Position numbers and translations under genes: made by a program. Of a DNA stretch of 64,000 nucleotides, positions 56,831 through 64,000 are shown in pieces. The DNA comes from a virus. Positions within the stretch are counted from its first letter, which is position 1. Each line of letters begins with the position of its first letter. The notes under the pieces were generated by a model. That model was not told where the DNA came from, ran no database searches, and worked only from the letters and a program-made list of their open reading frames with translations. The DNA lies in the IMG/VR virus record IMGVR_UViG_3300044546_000330, positions 11,341 through 75,340 of that record; one strand, written 5' to 3'.

Positions 56831-58939
56831 TTATCCTGTTATTACTACTCTATATTGATTAGTTGTTGGAGCAACTGCAAAACCAAAAGTTGTTTGAGTC
56901 CCACTGGTTAATGTTACGTCACAATATACCTGTGCTCCTGTAGACTCATTAAATATTTGAGCTGTTACATATTGAGAACCAAGACCGTGTGTTACAGCAA
57001 TTGAAGTAGCTGAACCATTTCCTATTGTTGCTGTGTATTTTCTTGCAAATGTAGAAAGACTTGCTGGTGTTACTACTAAAGTTGTACTAGATTTAGCTTC
57101 TGATTGAGCTGTTGTTGCTAATTGTACTTTACCCTTTACAGAAGTAGTTGCATCAGGAACAGTAGCTGAAGAAAAAGTAGTAAATTGTAAAGGTGTAGTA
57201 TTAACTGTAGTGATTGTATCAGTGGTAAGAACAAAAGCATTATCAACATTTACTGTTCCTTGTCTAACAAAAACTACAGATTGTAATAATTCAGGTGCGG
57301 TATTAGCATCAGATGCTCTTGACACAGTAAGATTTGTTGTAGCATTTGTTACAGTATAAATACCATTTGCTGATTGATTTGTTTCAGGAGATGAACCAGT
57401 ACCTGTTGTAGCTGGAGCATTTTTAATTAATATTCTATCATTAACTCCTGGGGATTGACCATCAAGAGTTGTACCTGTAATTTGTGTTACAGCTCCACCT
57501 GATATAGTGAATGTCTCTCCACCTACTGTTGCAGCAATAACTGAAGCTTTCCAAGAAAGACCTGCACTAACATTATCAACATAATTTTTTGTTGCAGCGT
57601 CTTGTGCTCCTGTAGGATCAGCTAAATTTGTAATCCTTTTAGAATTAACATCCACTGTACCTGTACCATTTGGAGTAAGATTAACATTAGTGTTTGTTCC
57701 ACCAGCTGTAAATGTTAAAGCACCTGTTCCTGTTATAGAACCAGTAGTTGTTCCAGTACCACCATTTGCTATAGCGACTGTACCTGTGACATTGGCAGCT
57801 GTGCCAGTTGTGTTTTGATTAAGCGTAGGAATGTCTGCTGCTACAACTGCACGGAATGTAGGTACGCCAGCAGACCCGCTAGGTGCAGCTAAGACATAGT
57901 TTGCAGTCTTAGAAGCATAAGGATTTTGAGTGTCACCATAGCTACTAGCCAAAGATATGACAGGAGTAGCGCCACCACTAGAGGCAATTGGTGAAGTTCC
58001 TGTTACAGATGTAACTGTTCCTGTTGTTGGTGTAGTCCATGTAGGAATTCCTGCTCCAGCAGAAGTTAAAACTTGTCCACTTGTTCCTACAGATGTAACA
58101 GCCAATGCACTTGTTGTAGAACCATAAACAATACCACCAGCCACAAAAGCAGATGATTGACCTGTACCACCTCTGTTGTAGGCTACTACATTACCATTCC
58201 AAGTTGCACTTGTTATTGAACCTGCATAATCTAAAGTATTAGTTGACCAAGATACATTAGATGGAGCAAAGTTATGTACATCCCATGTACCAGCAGCAGT
58301 TCCATTGCTTAACAAAATTACATCAATATATCCACCAGCTTGAACAGTTGCAACAGTAGTAGATGAATTGTTTTGAACAACAATTGTTCCACTGCTTTGA
58401 TTATTATTAAATGTGTAATTAGCACCATTACTCAATGTAGTTGCATCTGGAAGTTTATAGGTTTGTCCACCAGAACCTGTAACTACATAATTTGGTACTG
58501 AAGAAATAGTTAAAGTTGTTGTTGTACCAGCAGCAGAAACATTTGAATATCCTTCAGATATTAAATTTGCACTTATGTTTGAACTTGCATCACGCAAAAC
58601 AACACTATTAGCACCTGAAGATGCTGTAACACCTGTACCACCGTTAGCAACGGCTAATGTTCCAGCTAATGTTATTGTTCCAGTTGAAGTGATGGGACCA
58701 CCAGACGTTGTAAGACCTGTTGTTCCACCAGATACATTAACACTAGTAACACCACTACCAGATGTACCAAAAGTTACCCAAGCAGAACCATTGTAATACT
58801 TCATTAAATTTGTAGCCGTATCAAAATACATTTCACCACCAAGTGCTGATGGAGGAGATGAATTTGGTGTATTATGAACTTTGAAGTTTTGAAGTTCGTT
58901 ATTTGATAAATTAATGTTTGTTAAAAAAATTTGTGCCAT
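56831..58939 (-). CDS. long tail fibre protein (702 aa)
   Basis: VTSV and ANGGTG repeats, RITNLADPTGAQDAATKNYVD, DATTSVKGKVQLAT, C-terminal THGLG domain. Confidence 0.82.
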   Translation of the reverse strand: MAQIFLTNINLSNNELQNFKVHNTPNSSPPSALGGEMYFDTATNLMKYYNGSAWVTFGTSGSGVTSVNVSGGTTGLTTSGGPITSTGTITLAGTLAVANGGTGVTASSGANSVVLRDASSNISANLISEGYSNVSAAGTTTTLTISSVPNYVVTGSGGQTYKLPDATTLSNGANYTFNNNQSSGTIVVQNNSSTTVATVQAGGYIDVILLSNGTAAGTWDVHNFAPSNVSWSTNTLDYAGSITSATWNGNVVAYNRGGTGQSSAFVAGGIVYGSTTSALAVTSVGTSGQVLTSAGAGIPTWTTPTTGTVTSVTGTSPIASSGGATPVISLASSYGDTQNPYASKTANYVLAAPSGSAGVPTFRAVVAADIPTLNQNTTGTAANVTGTVAIANGGTGTTTGSITGTGALTFTAGGTNTNVNLTPNGTGTVDVNSKRITNLADPTGAQDAATKNYVDNVSAGLSWKASVIAATVGGETFTISGGAVTQITGTTLDGQSPGVNDRILIKNAPATTGTGSSPETNQSANGIYTVTNATTNLTVSRASDANTAPELLQSVVFVRQGTVNVDNAFVLTTDTITTVNTTPLQFTTFSSATVPDATTSVKGKVQLATTAQSEAKSSTTLVVTPASLSTFARKYTATIGNGSATSIAVTHGLGSQYVTAQIFNESTGAQVYCDVTLTSGTQTTFGFAVAPTTNQYRVVITG

Positions 58940-58956
58940 TGTTATTTATTTTATTA

Positions 58957-59703
58957 TTATGAAAGATAAGCTGTTCCTGATACGGCAGCTGAAAAAGTTA
59001 ATATTAATGATGTATTATTAGGATATGATATATCACCAACAATGTTAGCTCCTGTACTATTTACTACAATTACATTGGGGAAAAAATATAAATTATGTGT
59101 AATATTCCAAGTAGTAGAAGATATATTTTGTGTATGAACATAAGAAGTAATAGCATATTCTACAGCAGTTTCTCCAGCATTTACTCTAAGGTATTTTAAT
59201 GCATTTCCTGTAAGATTATCAGCAGGAGCAAGTTTTGAATTTAAAGATATTGAACCTGTACTTGTTATAGTACCACCAGTTAATCCAGTTCCTGTTCCTA
59301 CTGATGTTACAGCAGATGTTAAATATGTACTATTATCAAATACCCAAGCAGATCCATTCCATTTAAGAAATCCTGTGTTAAATCCACCAGATAAATAAGG
59401 AACCTTTGATGTATCTATAGATACAGATCCAGAACTAGTTATAGTTGTAAAACTCATTCCAGTACCAGCAGATACACTTGCTACAGTTCCACTACCACCA
59501 GCAGTAGTAGTCCAACCTGTTCCATTCCATACATAAAGACTTAATGCTGTAGTATCATATACTATATATCCTTTATCTGTTGTAGTTAAAGATGAAGATA
59601 ATACATTTCTTTCTGTATCAGTTAAATTATATATTCTTCCTGACTTCAGCTCATTAGAGTCTAAATCAATATTATGGTAATATTTTTTATCTAATGTACT
59701 CAT
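58957..59703 (-). CDS. tail fibre segment protein
   Basis: NIDLDSNEL N-terminus, VYDT..LYVWNG, GTGLTGGTITSTGSISL, C-terminal WNITHNL...AYLS. Confidence 0.75.
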   Translation of the reverse strand: MSTLDKKYYHNIDLDSNELKSGRIYNLTDTERNVLSSSLTTTDKGYIVYDTTALSLYVWNGTGWTTTAGGSGTVASVSAGTGMSFTTITSSGSVSIDTSKVPYLSGGFNTGFLKWNGSAWVFDNSTYLTSAVTSVGTGTGLTGGTITSTGSISLNSKLAPADNLTGNALKYLRVNAGETAVEYAITSYVHTQNISSTTWNITHNLYFFPNVIVVNSTGANIVGDISYPNNTSLILTFSAAVSGTAYLS

Positions 59704-60305
59704 TATGATAGATATACAAATCCTGTTACTAGTTCAGTAAATTCAATTACCACCACTGAAATAGTAGCTGATGTAACCACTCCAGCAATCTCAATACCAT
59801 TATCATCAGTAGTAAGTACATTAGGTACAAAACCAAGATTGTGAGTGATAGTCCAAGTATCAGAAGCATTTGTAATATGATATTGATATGAGCCACCATT
59901 TATTGTGATATTAGGATTAACATTAATTCTTGTACAGCATCCACCAACATTTACATCTATAATGTTTACATTACCATTACTGGTTGGATAGGACATTGCT
60001 AAATCACATAATGGAGCCACCCCACCACTACATTGACCTGTTGTACTAAATCCACCAATATAAGCTGCTGGATTACCATTAAATGTCACAGGTAGCCATG
60101 ACATATATGCAACACTAACTTGTGTTAATGCACCTGCATCTTCATTCTCAGCCCAACTTAAAATTTCATTCCTAAGATAAGCCAACTCACAATTAGTGCT
60201 AGATTCTGCACATTGAATTCCATACTGAGCATATCTATATTTTTCAGCCATGCATTCAGCAAACTCTTCTCTATAACGGTCTTTATATAATAAAACATTA
60301 CTCAT
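59703..60305 (-). CDS. fibre anchor (hub-B-like N-terminus + THNLG C-terminal domain)
   Basis: Cys-rich N-terminal half, C-terminal WTITHNLGFVPNV...VYLS. Confidence 0.55.
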   Translation of the reverse strand: MSNVLLYKDRYREEFAECMAEKYRYAQYGIQCAESSTNCELAYLRNEILSWAENEDAGALTQVSVAYMSWLPVTFNGNPAAYIGGFSTTGQCSGGVAPLCDLAMSYPTSNGNVNIIDVNVGGCCTRINVNPNITINGGSYQYHITNASDTWTITHNLGFVPNVLTTDDNGIEIAGVVTSATISVVVIEFTELVTGFVYLS

Positions 60306-60450
60306 CTGGATTGTTTATAGGGGCATTTACAATTACTAATTTTATTTCATAATCAGATATGCATGAATTACATACTTGAGTTCCATTTGATGCTGTTCTA
60401 ACTTGGCATCCACAAGTGATTGTTGTTCCACAATTTGAACAATTTGTCAT
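60298..60450 (-). CDS. 50-aa Cys-rich protein, absent from the ORF track
   Basis: MTNCSNCGTTITCGCQVRTASNGTQVCNSCISDYEIKLVIVNAPINNPDE*; exactly fills the gap between 60452 and 60305. Confidence 0.75.
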   Translation of the reverse strand: MTNCSNCGTTITCGCQVRTASNGTQVCNSCISDYEIKLVIVNAPINNPDE

Positions 60451-60451
60451 A

Positions 60452-61036
60452 TTAATATTGGTTTTGATTACAATCTTTACATCCTCCTATATATTTATCA
60501 AGTCTTTTTTTAGCATAAAGTAATAACTCCATTGCTAAATTAGGATCATGACAATCTTCTGCTTTAATTTTAGCAGCATCAATATATGATTTAATAAGTC
60601 TCAATTCATTCAATCTTGCTCTTATCTCCACTGAAGGTTCACAAGTTGCCATTTCAAGTTTACAAAGTTGTTGATTGTAAACATTATAAGTTTGAGTTGT
60701 TCTAAGATGATAGTATTCTACATAAACTTTATCATTAGGACTAACTGAATATTTTAATTTATATATACCATCAGGTAATGCTGGTGCTACATCTTGACAT
60801 CCAGTTGCTACAAAACCAAGACTACAAGCATTTAATATTAAATTAAATGAACTAGCTAATAATGCATAATTAGTCATATCATGTGTAGATGGAGAAGTAA
60901 ACCCAGGAGATGTAACTTGTAATGTTGCACATTTAACATCTAAATCATTGGCATATATACTTGCATCCATCACCCTAAAAACACTAACATTGTTAGTATC
61001 TGGGATATCTAAAGCTAATTGGTGTTGTAATGGCAT
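60452..61036 (-). CDS. putative tail hub A-like structural protein
   Basis: VMDASIY, LPDGIYKLKYSV, helical C-terminus with CKDC. Confidence 0.6.
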   Translation of the reverse strand: MPLQHQLALDIPDTNNVSVFRVMDASIYANDLDVKCATLQVTSPGFTSPSTHDMTNYALLASSFNLILNACSLGFVATGCQDVAPALPDGIYKLKYSVSPNDKVYVEYYHLRTTQTYNVYNQQLCKLEMATCEPSVEIRARLNELRLIKSYIDAAKIKAEDCHDPNLAMELLLYAKKRLDKYIGGCKDCNQNQY

Positions 61037-61060
61037 ATTTATTATATTTATTCTACACTA

Positions 61061-61092
61061 ATAATATAAGATATTTTCTGCAAATATACAAA
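61061..61092 (-). promoter_or_regulatory. TTTG-N20-TATATTAT putative promoter
   Basis: Same spacing as the copy at 63157-63188; intergenic, just after a terminator. Confidence 0.55.
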
Positions 61093-61093
61093 T

Positions 61094-61122
61094 AAAAAAA
61101 GGAGAGAATAAAATCTCTCCTT
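61094..61122 (-). terminator. Rho-independent terminator
   Basis: Minus strand AAGGAGAGA-TTTTAT-TCTCTCCTT-TTTTT. Confidence 0.85.
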
Positions 61123-61144
61123 CTTTATTTTATTATAAAGTAAA

Positions 61145-63115
61145 TTAAATCATTTCTATATATTGCACACCACCTGCTGCAATAGATGCTTCAAGAATAT
61201 AATCTCCTAAACCATTACCAGCAGTAGGAACATAATTATTATTTCCTGCTGAATAAGTAGCATTTTCAAAAAGCTTACCAATTGTTAAAGTACTAGGAAG
61301 AGCAATTTCAATTAAATATTGATCATTATCAAATACTCCTGTAGGATTATTAAATCTAGGAACACTATGAAGAATGCAAAGTTTATTATAAAGTTTGTTT
61401 CTATTTGCAACACTCATCATATCTAATACACTTGGATTAGCTTCAATCTCTCTCATACGGAATTGATCAATATTAGTTCCATCACCAAATGCTTCTTGAC
61501 GGTATCTACCAGTAAGAATCAATTCACGAAGAACTGTTTCACCAGTACCTTGTGCCATTGAACTAGCTTGTGCTACTGTAGCAATACCTGCTTCACCAAT
61601 TGTTTGTAAAGCAGCAGTTCCAATAGGAGCAACAACTGTTGTACTACCACTATCATCCATTAATGATGCAATGATTTTTAATGGCTCAAGATCATAATTA
61701 TCACTTATTGTAAATGTTGGATTACCAAATTTAGTTTCCAAATAAGCAGCTGTTAATTCTAAGAAAGCATCTGTAGTAAATGTTGACGCATCAGCAGCAG
61801 CAGTATAAATATGTGCTCCAGATGTAGCAGCAGCAACTGTTGAAGCAGCTGTAATTGTAGCACCTGTAAGTGTACCAGCTGTTTGAGAAGTACCAGTTGT
61901 ATAAGCAGAACTACCAGGAATATATGGAGTTTGACCTACATATGTTGGTTGTTGACCACTTGTTACTGCAATATTAGTGTAAGGAGTTACATATCCACCA
62001 TTATTACCATAAAGATCACTATAACATTTTATAGTCCATGAACTAAAAGTAGGTGCTGAAGCTTGAGTTGGATAAGTTAATACAATAGTATTATAAAAAG
62101 TAAGTGCAGCAGCTGCTCCAGTTATTGTAGGAGCTGTAGATTGAGTAGGATAAGTAATTATATAGTTAGTTTGAGAACTAACTGTAGATAGGTAAGCTCC
62201 TTGTGGTAAACCAGCTCCTGTTACATACATACCAACAGTAATTGTACCTGTTGGAGTACCTGTACCTGTTCCTGTAATTGTAACAGAAGTAGTAGATGCT
62301 GTAGGAGCAGTTGTTGGAGTAGTACCTGTAGCAAATGCAGTACCATAATTAGCAAAAATATTAGGTACATTAGTTAATCCAGTTACTCCTGTAGATGCAA
62401 CAATACGTTGACCAGGTAAAATACCACCAGCAGAGGTTGATGAAACTGTTAAAGTTGTTGAAGAAACTGTAGGAGTACCTGCCGTATAAGTACTACTTGT
62501 TACATTATTTTTAAATGCATAAACACGTGCTTGTACCAATTGATTAAAATAAGGAGACATTGTAATTTGCTCTTTCCAATCAACTAATGTTGCAACAGGA
62601 TCTTTTACATATGTAGGATTTGTTGCATTAGCAGGTCCTGTGTAAGAATCCATCACACGATAAATATTATGAGATAAAAAACGTAAAGCTGGACTACCTT
62701 TAACATCAATACGTAAACGGTATGTTGTGTCAGCATTCAAACCAACATTAGTTGATCCAGCTTGAGCTGTCAAAGGAATTTGTACTACTTGTTGTACAGG
62801 TAATTTAGATTGTACCCAGAATATACGACTGATATATTTTGGATTAATCATTTTAGATTTAACTGATTCTTGATATCCACCATGAGAACCAATTTTATCA
62901 GAATATCCAGATGTTTTGTAATAAGAACCTTGTACAAGATAAAATGGAGCTTTAGTACCTGAACCTGTGTAATCAATTACACCAAAGTTTTGATTATAAA
63001 TACCAAGTTGACCTGCTGCTAAAGCAGATGTTGCAAGACTTGTAGTTCCACTAAGTGTTGCACTACCAGAATCAACAGCTAAAAGGGTTTTTCTAAATGC
63101 GTGATTAAAATACAT
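61145..63115 (-). CDS. major virion structural protein (auxiliary-capsid-like) with a large Thr/Ser/Gly-rich insert
   Basis: MYFNHAFRK, HGGYQESVKSKMINPKYIS, YRLRIDVKGSPALRFL, GTGETVLRE, HSVPRFNNPTGVFDNDQY; own promoter and terminator; follows a ring-like gene. Confidence 0.6.
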   Translation of the reverse strand: MYFNHAFRKTLLAVDSGSATLSGTTSLATSALAAGQLGIYNQNFGVIDYTGSGTKAPFYLVQGSYYKTSGYSDKIGSHGGYQESVKSKMINPKYISRIFWVQSKLPVQQVVQIPLTAQAGSTNVGLNADTTYRLRIDVKGSPALRFLSHNIYRVMDSYTGPANATNPTYVKDPVATLVDWKEQITMSPYFNQLVQARVYAFKNNVTSSTYTAGTPTVSSTTLTVSSTSAGGILPGQRIVASTGVTGLTNVPNIFANYGTAFATGTTPTTAPTASTTSVTITGTGTGTPTGTITVGMYVTGAGLPQGAYLSTVSSQTNYIITYPTQSTAPTITGAAAALTFYNTIVLTYPTQASAPTFSSWTIKCYSDLYGNNGGYVTPYTNIAVTSGQQPTYVGQTPYIPGSSAYTTGTSQTAGTLTGATITAASTVAAATSGAHIYTAAADASTFTTDAFLELTAAYLETKFGNPTFTISDNYDLEPLKIIASLMDDSGSTTVVAPIGTAALQTIGEAGIATVAQASSMAQGTGETVLRELILTGRYRQEAFGDGTNIDQFRMREIEANPSVLDMMSVANRNKLYNKLCILHSVPRFNNPTGVFDNDQYLIEIALPSTLTIGKLFENATYSAGNNNYVPTAGNGLGDYILEASIAAGGVQYIEMI

Positions 63116-63156
63116 AATTTTTTAAATTTTTAAGGGTTATAAATAAGTTTATATAA

Positions 63157-63188
63157 ATAATATAATATATATATTTTAAACTTCCAAA
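63157..63188 (-). promoter_or_regulatory. TTTG-N20-TATATTAT putative promoter
   Basis: Same motif and spacing as 61061-61092. Confidence 0.55.
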
Positions 63189-63189
63189 T

Positions 63190-63669
63190 TTATTTTAGGA
63201 AATTTAATTTATATTTAGCAGAATTAATTGTACTCTTTACATTATCAAGATCATTAATTATTTCTGAATATGGCATTTTACTTTGAAGGGTAGTCACCAT
63301 AGAAACTAATTCTCTTAAATATGATAATGCTTCTGATACAGAATTTAATGTTCTTGGAGCTACATCTGTATAATCTAATAGTTTTTCAGCAGCACCTTGG
63401 AATCCTTCTGCAATATCATCAGCATGTCCTGGAAGTTCATCATATAATTCATTAAGAGCTTTATGTCCTGCAAAAGATCCAAGTCCTGTAATTTTAAGAT
63501 GGAGTTTGTGAAAAGAAGTTGCTGCATTCATAAGTTCAGAAACACAAGCAGCTGTTGAAACTTCTAATGAAGAATTAGCTGGAGCAGATGAATATGAAGA
63601 AGCAGAATTAGATGATGGGGATGTTATAGGACCTGAAACACTAAAGACATTGCGTGATATTGTTTTCAT
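63190..63669 (-). CDS. ferritin/Dps-like four-helix-bundle protein (DUF5856-like)
   Basis: FHKLHL...SFAGHKALNELYD...DDIAEGFQG, KYKL. Confidence 0.78.
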   Translation of the reverse strand: MKTISRNVFSVSGPITSPSSNSASSYSSAPANSSLEVSTAACVSELMNAATSFHKLHLKITGLGSFAGHKALNELYDELPGHADDIAEGFQGAAEKLLDYTDVAPRTLNSVSEALSYLRELVSMVTTLQSKMPYSEIINDLDNVKSTINSAKYKLNFLK

Positions 63670-63686
63670 TTTTTATGTTTAATTAA

Positions 63687-64000
63687 TTAATTATTTCTTT
63701 CTGCTGATTTTTCATTTCTTTGATATTGCATAATAGATTCAATATCACCAGCTAATATAGATGCAGCTTCATCACATATAAGTTCTACAATATCATCTTT
63801 TAGTTCAGATTGAACATCTGTAGCTATTGTATTACCAGTGTTTAAATCAATACATCCAACAAACTGAACTTCCACAGGTTTTCTGTAGTAGTTCAGTTTT
63901 GGACTTATAACTTCAAATTCATTATTAGTATAGATTCTAATCTTGTTTCCCACTAGTGTACAAAATGTTTCTCCCCACTCAAATGATGGTTGTGATAATT
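63687..64000 (-). CDS. head-tail ring/adaptor-like protein, 5'-truncated
   Basis: Frame open to the window edge (LSQPSFEWGETFCTLVGNKIRIY), YYRKP, ELKDDIVELICDEAA. Confidence 0.6.
   Translation of the reverse strand, partial: LSQPSFEWGETFCTLVGNKIRIYTNNEFEVISPKLNYYRKPVEVQFVGCIDLNTGNTIATDVQSELKDDIVELICDEAASILAGDIESIMQYQRNEKSAERNN

Noticed and set aside
54038-60305. Diversity-generating retroelement or invertible fibre cassette
   Set aside because: No reverse transcriptase, recombinase, TR/VR pair or inverted repeats seen; the repeats are at protein level only.
1-64000. Stop-codon reassignment (TAG=Gln or TGA=Trp) known in some crAss-like phages
   Set aside because: Genes up to 14 kb are intact in the standard code, and TAG and TGA end genes at tight junctions (e.g. 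9685, 15445, 16645, 5086, 17168).
1-64000. tRNA genes, CRISPR arrays, integrase
   Set aside because: None recognised; the intergenic gaps are short and accounted for by promoters and terminators.

Overview
This is a 64-kb segment of a crAss-like (Crassvirales-type) podovirus of Bacteroidota, read in the standard genetic code. About 1-18.5 kb (+ strand) is the replication block: family A DNA polymerase, a stand-alone DnaA domain IV, Dda-like and SF2 helicases, DnaB, a Sak4-like ATPase, primase, rIIA/rIIB, a resolvase and a 5'-3' exonuclease. The rIIA gene is interrupted in its GHKL ATP-lid motif by a 999-nt group I intron (12163-13161) carrying a LAGLIDADG endonuclease with its own promoter. 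About 18.6-64 kb (- strand) is the virion/late block. It holds a 4713-aa virion RNA polymerase (DFDVD) fused to zincin, ART-like and SLOG domains, several ejected cargo proteins (one punctuated by about ten xxxGG motifs), a muzzle gene split in two, a GH19 endolysin with holins, a chain of tail-fibre genes, hub/auxiliary-capsid/ring-like proteins and a ferritin-like protein. Beyond about 54 kb the composition and promoter motif change and hub-like genes recur, suggesting a module swap or a chimeric assembly. All assignments come from motif recognition by eye; no searches were run.
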